Source: a virus
Taxonomy: Duplodnaviria > Caudoviricetes
Strand: one strand, 5' to 3'
Virus record (IMG/VR): IMGVR_UViG_3300037127_000056
Span: 1-64,000 of that record
Length of the DNA: 64,000 bases
The notes below the pieces were generated by a model. The model was not told where the DNA came from. It searched no databases and saw only the letters and a list, made by a program, of their open reading frames with translations. The translations under genes were made by a program, and so were the position numbers. Shown piece by piece: positions 35,543 to 46,217 of this stretch; the stretch's first letter is position 1; every line of letters begins with the position of its first letter.

Positions 35543-37423
35543 ATGAGACCACAAGAACTGCTCACAACCGACGGTCCCCTCGCCGACATGATTCCCGGCT
35601 ACACTGAGCGTCGTTCTCAAATCGCGGCGGCGTCCACAATGTTCGATGCCATGACCCGCGGTGCCGAACTCATGATCAACGCCCCCACGGGAACCGGCAA
35701 GTCATTTGCGGCCGGCACCGCGGCGGTGAGCTATATCGCGGCACCTGGACCTCCCCGTCGTGTTCTCGTGGTCACCGGGTCCATCCCACTTATGGATCAG
35801 TACCTTCACACCGACCTTCCCGTCGTGCGTCGCATGGCCGCCGCTGTTGGCGTCCCCCTCGACATCGTTGCGATCAAGGGGTCCAACAACTACCTCTGCG
35901 CCGCGAAGCGGGCCACGTTGAAACGCAACGAAATCCCGCGGCGGGAACACAAGCGCCTCCGGGTGATTGAAGAATGGGCGGACACCACGAGGACCGGAGA
36001 CGTCGCGGAGCTGGAGACAGATCCGGGCCAACTGTGGGAGCATTTCAGCTTGGGACGGACCCCATGTCGAGGTCATGTTTGCCGTTACGCCGGTGCATGT
36101 AGTCTCTTGCATGCCAGGGCGAGGGCCCGGGATGCTCAGATCGTCGTGACGAACTACCACTACCTGTTGGCGCAGGCACGCCGAAGCCACAAGTGGATCG
36201 AAGGGTTCGACGCCATCATCTGCGATGAAGCTCATGTGATCGCCGACATCGCTCGGACCGCCCTGGGCTGGCAGATCGGGGAGCGACGGGTGGCCATTCT
36301 CTCACGATTCGCGGAACGATCGATATCGGACACTGCGGTACAAACCACGGCTGCGCTGAGCCGCATTCTAAAGCGCTTCGCCGGGGACTCCGCTACCCGT
36401 ATACCCGAGACAAGTACGGTACGCGTTGACGCGCTTGTGGGGGCCATACACGATGCATTGACATCGAGCCGCGATACCTTGGAAACGATCCCACCGACCA
36501 ACCGCGAGGCCCGCGCCGACGTCAACGCGGCAATCGCGGGCCTCGAAGATCTCATCAAGGAACTGTCGTCATTCTCACTTCAGGAGGATGGGTACGTTTT
36601 CTACGCCGAACCCGTCGGCAAAGGGGCGCGACTCTGTGCCGCGGTGGTGCAACCCGCGAGCCGGCTCCGCAATTTCGTCTGGCGTCACGTGGATTCCGTG
36701 GTGTGTATGTCCGCCACTCTGAGCCCCATGGACTTCGTGGCCCGCGAGATCGGCCTCACCGGTGCCCAAGAACTGTCGGTGTCGTCTCCGTTCGATTCAG
36801 AACGTCGGTTGTTCTACCTCCCCAATGCCCTGCCCTGGCCGACCCAACGGGATGCCTATCGTGAAGCCGCGGGCCGACACATCGTCAAGCTCATTCGTGG
36901 CGTCGGTGGGAAGGTGCTCAGCTTGCATACGTCCTACGCCGGGCTCAAAGCGGCATCGGAATCTCTTCGCCGCGCCCGGATCAAGCACCGATGTCAAGGG
37001 GATGCGAGCCGTGACGTTCTCGTTCGTTGGCTCCGCGAAACCGATGATGGTGTCCTTCTTGGGACGGAATCGTTCTGGACTGGGATTGATGTCCCCGGCA
37101 TGTCGTTGCTCGTGATTGACCGGCTGCCATTCACGCCACCCGGTGACCCCGTGGGAGACGCTCTCAAGGATAGATTCAAGGCTCGGTTCTTTCCGTTAGT
37201 GGCGCTACCTCAGATGCAAGTCAAGCTCTTGCAAGGCATCGGGCGGGCGCAACGCAAGGCCACGGATCGCCCAGTGGTGGCCATCTTGGATCCACGGATA
37301 TGCCCCGTCCCGCCGGCGGGAAAGAAGCGGGCCGGCTACGTGAAGCGGGTGCTCAAGGCGGCGGGGGTCACGAAATGGACCCCGGATCTGAAAAACGTGT
37401 TGAAGTGGGTTGGTGAGGGTTGA
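35543..37423 (+). CDS. DinG/YoaA-family Fe-S helicase
   Basis: APTGTGKS, KGSNNYLC plus further Cys, DEAH, SATL, FWTGIDVPG, RLPF, QGIGR. Confidence 0.92.
   Translation: MRPQELLTTDGPLADMIPGYTERRSQIAAASTMFDAMTRGAELMINAPTGTGKSFAAGTAAVSYIAAPGPPRRVLVVTGSIPLMDQYLHTDLPVVRRMAAAVGVPLDIVAIKGSNNYLCAAKRATLKRNEIPRREHKRLRVIEEWADTTRTGDVAELETDPGQLWEHFSLGRTPCRGHVCRYAGACSLLHARARARDAQIVVTNYHYLLAQARRSHKWIEGFDAIICDEAHVIADIARTALGWQIGERRVAILSRFAERSISDTAVQTTAALSRILKRFAGDSATRIPETSTVRVDALVGAIHDALTSSRDTLETIPPTNREARADVNAAIAGLEDLIKELSSFSLQEDGYVFYAEPVGKGARLCAAVVQPASRLRNFVWRHVDSVVCMSATLSPMDFVAREIGLTGAQELSVSSPFDSERRLFYLPNALPWPTQRDAYREAAGRHIVKLIRGVGGKVLSLHTSYAGLKAASESLRRARIKHRCQGDASRDVLVRWLRETDDGVLLGTESFWTGIDVPGMSLLVIDRLPFTPPGDPVGDALKDRFKARFFPLVALPQMQVKLLQGIGRAQRKATDRPVVAILDPRICPVPPAGKKRAGYVKRVLKAAGVTKWTPDLKNVLKWVGEG
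37308..37321. repeat. dispersed palindrome copy 10
   Basis: Near the 3' end of the DinG gene. Confidence 0.95.
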
Positions 37424-37435
37424 TGGCCGGCATCG

Positions 37436-38152
37436 TCACTGATCGCCGCCACCTTCACGCCGCTCGCGATCCCGCTTGAGGGCATCGTGGGTTTCCTGCA
37501 AGCGATGAAGGATGTCTTCCTCGCTCGTTGGGAGCCCGCCCATGGCCTGGACACCGATCACCTCATCGGGACCACCGAGTAGTTGCCGCTCCGCCTTCAG
37601 GAGCCGCTCCGCACTTGCCGTCGCCGCTTGATGGGCCTGGGTGAGCTTCCATATCACCGACGCCGCCTTCTCCGCCACGGCGATGTCGATGCCATCCTCG
37701 GAGTTCATGGACTGCGCGATCTCGAACGCCGCCCCATGAACGAGACCGGCTAGGGGTGCCATGCCCTCGATCAGCTCGTTCATGGAATCGATGAGGCCCA
37801 TGGCACCCCGACGCGCGCGCTGAACCATCCGGGTCTCTTCGATCTTTGTCGTTGCGGCATCGATGATGGCATCGTCGGCCGCCTCTTGCAACGCCTCACC
37901 GGCTTGCTTGAAGAGTGGGGTATCATCGGCTTGTGCCCGCCGGGCACGGGCGTCAATGACATCACCATCGGGCCACGACTGCAGCGGGGCCAACCCGGCA
38001 TCGGGGTTACCAAGTTCCCACGCGCGGGACGCGATGAGCTTTGATACTCCGGCTGCCCGTCCGAGTTTGACGATGAACCCCCGCTTCAAGGGATCCAGGG
38101 ACGGTAGAGCGTCACGCATCGCCGTCCATTCTGCAACACTCGGATATTTCAC
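37436..38152 (-). CDS. HTH-containing helical protein (possibly terminase small subunit-like)
   Basis: N-terminal LGRAAGVSKLIASRAW HTH; helical core; TATAAT-7-GTG. Confidence 0.45.
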   Translation of the reverse strand: MKYPSVAEWTAMRDALPSLDPLKRGFIVKLGRAAGVSKLIASRAWELGNPDAGLAPLQSWPDGDVIDARARRAQADDTPLFKQAGEALQEAADDAIIDAATTKIEETRMVQRARRGAMGLIDSMNELIEGMAPLAGLVHGAAFEIAQSMNSEDGIDIAVAEKAASVIWKLTQAHQAATASAERLLKAERQLLGGPDEVIGVQAMGGLPTSEEDILHRLQETHDALKRDRERREGGGDQ

Positions 38153-38182
38153 CGTAAGTATTATAGCACATACAATCACGGC

Positions 38183-38665
38183 ATGCCCATCGACCGCCGC
38201 GAGCTATCTGGTAAGAGTGTCGCTGAATCCCATGTCCCCAAGTTCTTGGATTTCATCGACACCCTAGAAAGTCGGCTCGAAGCCATTGAATCGTCGATTG
38301 GGACCGGTGTCATTACCATTCCAGAAGATCGATACTCGACCCTAGGATCGGTCACTGGCGGCACGACCGTTGCCGCCGGTTCGGTGCTTCCAGCAACAGG
38401 TGGCGTCGTAATCCCCGAGCCCGGAGCGACAACATGGATCAGAATTTCCGGTACCGATGCTCGAATCGGAGACGCGGTGTTTGCTGTGTACGAAGGGCGC
38501 CGAACCGCCCTGGATACGAACCCCGCGCAACGAATCCTTTCGGCCGCGGGCCCTGGGGCCCCGGGGGTCGATTCGATTCCTGCAGGCACGATCGAAATCG
38601 CCCTCAATTCTGCCAACACGGACCTCAACCGAGTGTTCTGGTTTTTGATGCGCGCCGCCGCATGA
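38183..38665 (+). CDS. putative virion protein
   Basis: G/T/A-rich beta composition; TACAAT-6-ATG; lies upstream of the tape measure gene. Confidence 0.55.
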   Translation: MPIDRRELSGKSVAESHVPKFLDFIDTLESRLEAIESSIGTGVITIPEDRYSTLGSVTGGTTVAAGSVLPATGGVVIPEPGATTWIRISGTDARIGDAVFAVYEGRRTALDTNPAQRILSAAGPGAPGVDSIPAGTIEIALNSANTDLNRVFWFLMRAAA

Positions 38666-38722
38666 TTCCGTAATGACTTTGTAAGGCACGGTACACTCAT
38701 GGCATGAGAAGGACGGTGGCGT

Positions 38723-39442
38723 ATGGCCGAACATGAGATCGGTGATCTGGTAGAATACTTCCCTTTCGGGGAACCTCCAAGGGTTGCCATTGTTGTAGAC
38801 AAGCAAACATCGAACCAGGGCACGATTCGAACCCTGGCTCCCAACCCGGCCGATGACGTCCCAGTCGGGCCAACAGGCTCATGGTCAACCAATCAGATCG
38901 CTGTCACGATCAACGACACCGCAAACCCGGGCACCGCAACCCTATCGGCGTCAAGCCGGCTCCCACAGGACCTCCGAGACAAAACAGACCGCTGGCAGGT
39001 TGCCGGCAACTTCGACGACCGGTTCTGGGAATCGTCCACGTCTGGGACTCCAGGCATCACAAGCCATACGATCGAATGTTCGAATTCCAATCGTGATACT
39101 TGGATTTGGCATGCCACCAAGACCGAATACACCGTGGTGACGGTTGAGGTGAAGCACCCGCTGGGTACGACGGTTCGAGCGGAGCTGTATGAATACGACG
39201 GGGTCGCCGTTACGGGCCCAAGTGGGTCGTTTGCGGATGTCATACGACCCACCCTCGGAGTCAACAGCGATTCGGACGACGCCAACTGGCAGGTCATCAC
39301 AATCAATACGAGCGCAACGTCATATCCGACTCCGGTCCTTGGACGTATCTACACACTACGTCTCATTACTGGAACCAATCAACCCGGTGCCCTGTGGGAG
39401 GCACGCAACATCGACGGCGAAGCTGGCCCGATTCTGGTGTAA
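38723..39442 (+). CDS. putative virion protein
   Basis: T/S/W-rich beta-type composition, 239 aa. Confidence 0.55.
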   Translation: MAEHEIGDLVEYFPFGEPPRVAIVVDKQTSNQGTIRTLAPNPADDVPVGPTGSWSTNQIAVTINDTANPGTATLSASSRLPQDLRDKTDRWQVAGNFDDRFWESSTSGTPGITSHTIECSNSNRDTWIWHATKTEYTVVTVEVKHPLGTTVRAELYEYDGVAVTGPSGSFADVIRPTLGVNSDSDDANWQVITINTSATSYPTPVLGRIYTLRLITGTNQPGALWEARNIDGEAGPILV

Positions 39443-39444
39443 CT

Positions 39445-39849
39445 ATGGCGAACTATGACTACTCTCCTCAAACCATCGTGGGCTTCCTGCAGAAGGGTGG
39501 CGGCAATCGCACGCGGCGAATCAATGCCGATATCGGTGGCGGGCTCTTGAATCTGCTGATCGATTTCCACCACCTCGGGCTGGCACAAGACGCCATCTCC
39601 CCCGGAGTACCCAGCGCGGCGATTGCAGCCGTTCCACAGGGCTTCCAGTTCCTGCCTCACCTCGTGAAAGGCGCCAAGATTCACCCCGACGATTCCGTGT
39701 CCCCAACGGATTGGGGTGGCGTCCGCCCCAATACATTCGATGACGACAAGTTCGAAAGCGTCGAAATCGAAGATCCGTCGTTTACGACTACGGAGCCGTC
39801 ACCGGTTCTTGCGGACTGGGCCACCAAACTCGGCGGTACCGTGGGTTGA
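39445..39849 (+). CDS. putative virion-associated protein
   Basis: Immediately upstream of the tape measure gene. Confidence 0.55.
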   Translation: MANYDYSPQTIVGFLQKGGGNRTRRINADIGGGLLNLLIDFHHLGLAQDAISPGVPSAAIAAVPQGFQFLPHLVKGAKIHPDDSVSPTDWGGVRPNTFDDDKFESVEIEDPSFTTTEPSPVLADWATKLGGTVG

Positions 39850-39867
39850 TTCCCGCCGGCGGGAATC
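39848..39867. repeat. dispersed palindrome copy 11 (20-bp perfect)
   Basis: GATTCCCGCCGGCGGGAATC over the -35 region of the tape-measure promoter (TACACT-7-ATG). Confidence 0.95.
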
Positions 39868-39897
39868 GTCTCGTCCCATAACCGTACACTCTAACCC

Positions 39898-42800
39898 ATG
39901 GCTCTCAATCAGCTCGGCCTGGGAATGCTCTTCACGGCGCGCGATGCGGCATCCGCGACCGTGGTAGGGCTAACCAAGAACGTCGCCGGCCTTGAGGGTC
40001 GCAGCAAAGCAACCGCGTCCGCACTTCAGACTGGTCTGGGTGGTGTCGCGGCCGTTGCCGTTGGTGCCGGGTTGTCCAAGTTGGTCAACCAGGCGGCGGA
40101 CTTCGAATTCGGCTTGGCAGCGGTCAAGAACATCGCGAACGCCACGGCGTCGGACATGGTAATCCTACGGGACGCGGCATTCGAAGCCGGGCTCAAAACG
40201 CAATTTTCGCCGACCCAAGCCGTCGAGGGTTTGCAGAACCTCGCCGCCGCGGGCTTCAGTGCAGCGAAATCGGCGCAACTCCTAGACCGGTCTCTGATCC
40301 TCGCACAGGCTGGACAGATCAGCGTCGCCCAATCCACGGCGACGATGGCTACCGCGATCAAGCTATTCAACCTCCAGGGCAAGGACCAAGAAACCCTGGT
40401 TGACAAGTTACTCAAAACGACATCGATGTTCAAGATCCATAGTGTCGATCTCGAACAAGGTCTCGCCAAAACGGCTGCCGCTGCCCTCTTGACCAACCAG
40501 TCTGTGGATGAGATGTTGCTCACCGTCGGTCTCATCAAGAACGTCTTCCCGGACGCTGGCGAGGCGGGTAACTCGGTGAGTCGAGCGATGCAGTCCCTTT
40601 CACAGAAAGCCGACAAAGTCAAAAAAGATTTTGGCGTTGATGTGCTGGATGCGAATGGTGCGTTCAAGCCAGCCCTGGATCTCTTTCTGGAACTAGATGA
40701 AGCGTCTGCTAAAGCATTTCCCAATGCCGCTAAACGCTCGGAAAAGTTGAGCAGACTCCTTGGTTCCTTCGGCATCAAAGGCTTTTCCGCGGCGGTGGGC
40801 TCGATCGACGAATTCGCGACGTCGAACAACTTGACGCGCAAGCAAGCCGCGGCACAGCTACGAGGGGACATTGCTGGTGCAGAAGGAACTGCCGATCAGT
40901 TCTTGGCGGGTCTCAATGCGACATTCAAGGGACAGAGCATCATCTTGGAAGGTGCCGTCCAGACCCTCGCCGTCGCCCTCGGGGAACCGCTCCTGAAAGT
41001 GTTGGTTCCAGCGGTCAAACGTGCCGCAGAATTCGTTGCCGACCTCGCCAGGGTTGTCAAAGATGCCAACCCTGAGTTCAAGCAAATGATCGCCCGCATC
41101 GCCCTCACGGCGTCGGCCGTCCTCGCATTCGGCGGCATCGTTGCGATCCTCCGTGTCGGTCTCGGCCTCTTGCTACCGGCCCTCAAAGCCGCTGCCATCG
41201 GGTTCGCTGGTACCATGCTCGCCGCCATCCCATTGATTGCGGTGATCGGCGGTGTCGCCCTTGTGGCCCGCGCCGCGGCGAAATCCATGGACACCAGCTT
41301 CGGGGACGCCAAGGCTGCGGTCACCGGGTTCTTCGAAGACGCCGTGCTCGCGGGGAAGGCGTTCGTCCAGCTCATGCGGACCGGTGAGTTCAGTGGGTCC
41401 GTCAAGCAAGAACTGAACCGGGCTGAGAACGCCGGCATCAAACGATTCGTCATCCGGCTCGGGATGTTTGCGCATCGGATCGAGAAATTCTTCGAAGGCG
41501 TCGCTGGCGGTATCAATGCAACCATGGGACGAGTCCAGCCCGCGCTCAAGAGAGCTGGGCAAAGTCTCATGGGCCTTGGCAAGGCCATGGGGTTTGTGTC
41601 TCAGAAAGGTGATGGTGTCGGTGACAGCCTTCCTGGTGCGTCTTTCTTCGAAGCAGGGGCATCCATTGGGCGCGCGCTTGCAAGTATATTCACTGGCGCC
41701 GTGGACGTGTTCGGTGTTGTGGTCGATGTTGCAGCTGGCTTTATCAGCCGCATGAAAGGAATTTTTGAGACATTCAGCTCCGTGTTCACCGGGCTGTTTG
41801 ACAACCTGACCGAACTCGGCAACGAGATCGGTGTAACTTTCATGACAGTTGGCCGATCTGTCAATGGCGGCGCTGGACCCGCTGTCAACGTTGGCAAGAC
41901 AATTGCAAACGCTATTGGCCTTGTCACGATCGCATTGGTCAAAGCTGCCTCCATTGCGACCAAGATTGCAACAAGCCTGTTGCAGGCATTCCGCCCAATC
42001 AGCTACGTTGTCTTACCGATCCTAAGATTCGTGGCTAACCATCTCACCGAGATCATCTTGATTTTGGTCGGTATCAAGATGGCACGTTCCCTCCGTAACC
42101 TGTCAAGTCTCGCGGAGGGATTTACGGCGATCAAAACTGCAGCATCGGGTGCCGCCGCTGCGAGTGCATCGTTTCTGAGGACTCAGAAGAAGGCTCAGCC
42201 GGGGCGTGACGAGTTTGGTCGGTTCCTCCCCAAGGGTGCTCAAGCACCTGGAGGGGCCCGCCGCGACGCGACTGGTAGATTCTTGCCAGCCGGGGGTGTC
42301 GCTACCGCCGCTGATAAGACGGAAAAAGCTCTTGGCAAACTCGCCGTTGCAGCCGAAGTTCTCAAAGTGGGCTTCATGGGTTTCGCTCTTGGTACTGTAT
42401 TGGATCAATGGCTTGATATCAGTGGGCAAGTTTCGGACATGCTTACCAACCGGTCTGGCCGTGGAGCGGGTACCGCCAAAGGGACGAAGTTTGATCCCAC
42501 GGGGCGGGCGGCCAACCTCCGTAAGTTCGCAAAGGATATCGAAACCGACATCCAAAAATCGCAAAAAACGATCCAAAGTCTTGCCGAAGCCAAGGTCGTT
42601 CTACCACAATTTCGTGCAACTGCGGAACGTGCCAAAACCGGACAACTGCAAGAATCGGACGTAGGGGTGCTGCGAAAGATTGGTGGTTTCAAGGAAGAAG
42701 AAGCACTCATTACTCCAGACAAGTTGAACGCCGCGCAGGGTGAGATCCGGGACGCCCTCCGCGAAGCCGCCGCCATCGAAGCCGCGCAACGGGTTGCCCA

Positions 42801-43047
42801 ATCCGAGGACCTCGCGAAGGGCTTCGAGGCCATTGATCTCGAAGCGAAGTTCCGGGATGCTAGCATCGCCGCCAATGCCGTGGAGCGTGACAAGCTTGCG
42901 GCGATGCTGTCTCGCGAGATCAGCCAGCTCACAAATCGCCCCATCACCATACAGATCGATCAGGAAACCCTCGCCGTCGCGGTGTCCGAGGGCCAGCGAC
43001 AAGACGCGGCGCGCGGATTCCAGGCGGTGGGGCCAGGTGAGGGTTAG
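39898..43047 (+). CDS. tail tape measure protein
   Basis: 1049 aa, Ala/Gly-rich; TP901-type core (TQFSPTQAVEGLQNLAAAGF), hydrophobic segments, two RDxxGRF motifs. Confidence 0.92.
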   Translation: MALNQLGLGMLFTARDAASATVVGLTKNVAGLEGRSKATASALQTGLGGVAAVAVGAGLSKLVNQAADFEFGLAAVKNIANATASDMVILRDAAFEAGLKTQFSPTQAVEGLQNLAAAGFSAAKSAQLLDRSLILAQAGQISVAQSTATMATAIKLFNLQGKDQETLVDKLLKTTSMFKIHSVDLEQGLAKTAAAALLTNQSVDEMLLTVGLIKNVFPDAGEAGNSVSRAMQSLSQKADKVKKDFGVDVLDANGAFKPALDLFLELDEASAKAFPNAAKRSEKLSRLLGSFGIKGFSAAVGSIDEFATSNNLTRKQAAAQLRGDIAGAEGTADQFLAGLNATFKGQSIILEGAVQTLAVALGEPLLKVLVPAVKRAAEFVADLARVVKDANPEFKQMIARIALTASAVLAFGGIVAILRVGLGLLLPALKAAAIGFAGTMLAAIPLIAVIGGVALVARAAAKSMDTSFGDAKAAVTGFFEDAVLAGKAFVQLMRTGEFSGSVKQELNRAENAGIKRFVIRLGMFAHRIEKFFEGVAGGINATMGRVQPALKRAGQSLMGLGKAMGFVSQKGDGVGDSLPGASFFEAGASIGRALASIFTGAVDVFGVVVDVAAGFISRMKGIFETFSSVFTGLFDNLTELGNEIGVTFMTVGRSVNGGAGPAVNVGKTIANAIGLVTIALVKAASIATKIATSLLQAFRPISYVVLPILRFVANHLTEIILILVGIKMARSLRNLSSLAEGFTAIKTAASGAAAASASFLRTQKKAQPGRDEFGRFLPKGAQAPGGARRDATGRFLPAGGVATAADKTEKALGKLAVAAEVLKVGFMGFALGTVLDQWLDISGQVSDMLTNRSGRGAGTAKGTKFDPTGRAANLRKFAKDIETDIQKSQKTIQSLAEAKVVLPQFRATAERAKTGQLQESDVGVLRKIGGFKEEEALITPDKLNAAQGEIRDALREAAAIEAAQRVAQSEDLAKGFEAIDLEAKFRDASIAANAVERDKLAAMLSREISQLTNRPITIQIDQETLAVAVSEGQRQDAARGFQAVGPGEG

Positions 43048-43523
43048 CCCATGATGTCTTTGGTCACCCATTCTTCGTTGAACTTGGTGAGCCTGGATAC
43101 AATGGGGGACCAATCAACATCGAACGTGGTGTAGTTTGCCCGGCACCGTAGCACTTCGAGTGCCGTCATGTAGGCGGCACGCTTTGCGGTGACTTGGCCC
43201 ATCAGTGCGCGGATCGAACGGGCGATCACCCATGGTGCATTGGTTTCGATCTTGGATGCGTGCGCGCGGCGTACCGTGTCGGTCGCCGCTGCATCGGCCG
43301 CCTTTATGGCGGCATCCACCTTTTCGCGAGGCATCTTTCCTCGAATGTACAGCTCAGCGACATCTATTACATCGGTTGTTCGGAGGTCATGTACGTACTC
43401 TGTCAAGAGCTTGAGACACCAACATGCGAAAAGTTTGACGTCCCGAACAGGGATGTGGGTAAGAAGATTCCACACCATATCGGTGGGATGCGAATCATCG
43501 TTGGGCATTTGCGTACGATTCAT
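43044..43523 (-). CDS. Imm5-like helical protein
   Basis: LFACWC...D.R...IDVAELYIRG...AAIKAADAAA pattern; TTGCAT-18-TAGTGT-6-ATG. Confidence 0.55.
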   Translation of the reverse strand: MNRTQMPNDDSHPTDMVWNLLTHIPVRDVKLFACWCLKLLTEYVHDLRTTDVIDVAELYIRGKMPREKVDAAIKAADAAATDTVRRAHASKIETNAPWVIARSIRALMGQVTAKRAAYMTALEVLRCRANYTTFDVDWSPIVSRLTKFNEEWVTKDIMG

Positions 43524-43647
43524 GGCACAACACTACATCACTTGGTTGACTCAATGCAAGGAAGTCCGTACACAATCTCGGATTCCCGCCAGCGGGAATC
43601 CTGTTACCCTCCTTGCACCTCACCCCACGCCATGCTAAATCCATGGG

Positions 43648-44388
43648 ATGCTTACATCGATCATCCTAGGAATCACTGCGGTTTGTTCTGTAAATTCAGC
43701 AACTTACGTCACCGCCAACACGACATTCTATTGGGTGGCAGAAGAACGCCACGAGTCCGAATCCGTCCCCTTGATGGACAAATCGTGCCAACCCATTGCA
43801 TCTGTGGGCCCCGAGTTTCGCGATGACCTCCGTCGCGAGGGGACCGGGCGCGCCAACGACGGCTCCACCTACAACGTCTCCGGCCAGTGTAGCTGCCTCC
43901 CCGACCACGACTACTGCTACCACCGGGTCAAGCATCGCTGGGGCACAGGAGCCGGCTCAGCGCCACTGAAGCCATTCCGTTCCGTTGCCGTGGATCCCCA
44001 GGTCATCCCCATCGGGTCTCGAATCTACATTGCTTCCCTCGCGGGGCTTGCCGTTCGTGCGGGGAATCGCACCACTACCCACGATGGTTGGGTCACAGCA
44101 ATTGACACCGGTGGTGGCGTCCACGGGTTTCAGATCGACATCTTCACGGGGTCTAAGGGGGCGTATCATCGGACGTGGCGTCGGATTGCTCCGACACCTG
44201 GCGTTGACGTCGCGATCTATCCACCGCATCGTACACCGGGATCAGAGCTTCAGTGCCACCCAACTCATACGCACGAACGAGCCGACGGATTTGACCCGGT
44301 GTCCATTCTTGGACGTGCAATTTCACGTATAGAGGCAGCGGCTCGACAAGCGCTCCGAAGAATTCGGGATCACAGGCACCCAACGTGA
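43648..44388 (+). CDS. 3D-domain (MltA-like) cell-wall hydrolase with signal peptide
   Basis: SVAVDPQVIPIGSRIYI...AIDTGGGV...IDIFTG; hydrophobic N-terminus. Confidence 0.85.
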   Translation: MLTSIILGITAVCSVNSATYVTANTTFYWVAEERHESESVPLMDKSCQPIASVGPEFRDDLRREGTGRANDGSTYNVSGQCSCLPDHDYCYHRVKHRWGTGAGSAPLKPFRSVAVDPQVIPIGSRIYIASLAGLAVRAGNRTTTHDGWVTAIDTGGGVHGFQIDIFTGSKGAYHRTWRRIAPTPGVDVAIYPPHRTPGSELQCHPTHTHERADGFDPVSILGRAISRIEAAARQALRRIRDHRHPT

Positions 44389-45127
44389 TCTCAGCGCCAA
44401 CCCGATTCAGGGCGCCGGGATGACCATAAGGAACGCACACAGCGACGGCTCCGGACGCGTGGATGGCGTCCAGCACAACATCGGTGACATCGCCTTCAAT
44501 GACCACGACATCGGGTTGAAGAATCGACACGATGTCGTGGTCAAACCCGGTGTGGAAGACCAATGGCCGAGCTATTGTATGAGCAGCTGCCCGTGCCGCC
44601 GACGACTTTCCAACACCCGGTGGGCCAAACAGTGCAACGCTACACCCGGCGGCGACCCAATCGCAGATCTCATTGGTCGCCTGGGACGCAATGACCTCCG
44701 ATCCGTCTGGACACTGTGCGGGTTCTACTCGCAGTTCGAAGTCGTGCGAGCCCACGGGATAGACACCGATCGCTACAAACTCCGTCCATAGGTCTGCAAC
44801 CAGCCCGTCCAATACGTCGCCGTGTGAGACGTTGTCGTCGTACACGATCTCGTGGCCCACGACAACGGGGTCTCCATCCATCTCAATGACAACCTCGCCG
44901 TGACGCTCTGTTGCAAGCGTTTCTTCGACAACATCGACGAACCACGGAGGCACCTTCAACCGCGGCCGGTTGGATGATGTCGATTCGAGAATCCCGGTTA
45001 CTGCACCCGCCGCAGTTCCAACCAACCTGATGGGGCTGTGGTCCCGCGACAGTTCGTCCGCAATCCGCACGATCCCGCCGATGATTTGCGCGCCTTGGTA
45101 CAGCGCCGACTTCCATTTGTGTCGCAT
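44153..45127 (-). CDS. divergent AAA+ ATPase
   Basis: Walker A GPPGVGKS; Walker B degenerate (VVVIEGD); lid-like WTPGQIRRLV. Confidence 0.6.
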   Translation of the reverse strand: MRHKWKSALYQGAQIIGGIVRIADELSRDHSPIRLVGTAAGAVTGILESTSSNRPRLKVPPWFVDVVEETLATERHGEVVIEMDGDPVVVGHEIVYDDNVSHGDVLDGLVADLWTEFVAIGVYPVGSHDFELRVEPAQCPDGSEVIASQATNEICDWVAAGCSVALFGPPGVGKSSAARAAAHTIARPLVFHTGFDHDIVSILQPDVVVIEGDVTDVVLDAIHASGAVAVCVPYGHPGALNRVGAEITLGACDPEFFGALVEPLPLYVKLHVQEWTPGQIRRLVRAYELGGTEALIPVYDAVDRSRRQRQVSEQSDATSDDTPP

Positions 45128-45131
45128 CGTC

Positions 45132-45698
45132 CTACTCGATCGTCACTCGGAGGTCACCAGGACCTTCGACGGTGAGAGTATTCCCATCGACGCGTAGTCG
45201 CCAATTGGGTACCAACGCGATGTCACCATCCCATTCAAGACTCATCGCCCACTTGATGACGGCGGCACGAGCATGATGCACGGCAGTCTCGGCATCGATA
45301 TCGAAAGCAACGCCATCGATGACTTGAACCCATGCCTTGGCCCCTTCGTTGATCGCCGCGAAGACTGTGAGCCACCCATCGTTGATCCGGTCGGTCCAGA
45401 TCACGTGCGCGGTGGTCTTTGTGATCACCGCGATGAAATCTGGTACGGTCCCCTGCGGGCCGCTTTCACTTCGTTCCGTGATTGCGTGACGAAGGTCCAC
45501 GCATACCGACGCCCAGTTGTTTTGGTTGGCATGGGGCTTGAATGCGTTGTAGCATGAATACCACGACCAATGTGGTGACAGCGACTTGATGTTCTTCAAC
45601 CATCGTTGGACGGCGACTCTGGGGACCGTCGCAACTGGATACCCGGAGTGGTGAATTTCACCTGTGGCCCGATTTTGGGAAAATGGATCTCGTGGCAT
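45132..45698 (-). CDS. hypothetical protein
   Basis: Own promoter directly upstream. Confidence 0.65.
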   Translation of the reverse strand: MPRDPFSQNRATGEIHHSGYPVATVPRVAVQRWLKNIKSLSPHWSWYSCYNAFKPHANQNNWASVCVDLRHAITERSESGPQGTVPDFIAVITKTTAHVIWTDRINDGWLTVFAAINEGAKAWVQVIDGVAFDIDAETAVHHARAAVIKWAMSLEWDGDIALVPNWRLRVDGNTLTVEGPGDLRVTIE

Positions 45699-45704
45699 GG
45701 TGTG

Positions 45705-45734
45705 AACCTAGCACACGGTCGGCAGGGCTGTCAA
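45705..45734 (-). promoter_or_regulatory. leaderless sigma70 promoter
   Basis: TTGACA-18-TAGGTT-6-ATG(45698). Confidence 0.75.
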
Positions 45735-46150
45735 TCTTTGTTCACGCACACCGGACCAAGACCGAGTTCAAGGGACATCGGGACGGTGAGGGTACGGCGG
45801 CAGCGCCCACACTTGCCGTCGTGATGAACTTCCGACGATCCCAAGCCGTGACCGGCATTGAGGTGAGCCCACATCCAAGCGAACACCTTGAACGACGACG
45901 CATCGGGGCTCGGGCTCTTGCGGGTCGCGATGAAATCGCCTCGCCGACCGATGAGACCGATGTACTTGAAATCACTGGTGTTACTGGGGCCGTTGAGGAC
46001 ACTGACGAAGAACGCGGCACCATCATCCGCAGCGACGACGCGGTAGGTGAAGTGTGCGCCAGTCTTCCCGCTCTTGACGGTGGCAATGCTCCGGCCCGCG
46101 GTGAGATAGGGGATGATGGCGTCGGCGGCGAGCTTGGTGTTCGTGTTCAT
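45731..46150 (-). CDS. DUF6011-like zinc-binding phage protein
   Basis: C-terminal GKCGRCRRTLTVPMSLELGLGPVC; leadered, with AAGGA SD. Confidence 0.75.
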   Translation of the reverse strand: MNTNTKLAADAIIPYLTAGRSIATVKSGKTGAHFTYRVVAADDGAAFFVSVLNGPSNTSDFKYIGLIGRRGDFIATRKSPSPDASSFKVFAWMWAHLNAGHGLGSSEVHHDGKCGRCRRTLTVPMSLELGLGPVCVNKD

Positions 46151-46217
46151 CGGGATGTCCTTGCTTGGTGAAGCCGTTATACGATGACCGGCCTCCGCAT
46201 GCAAGGAAAATCGACGA

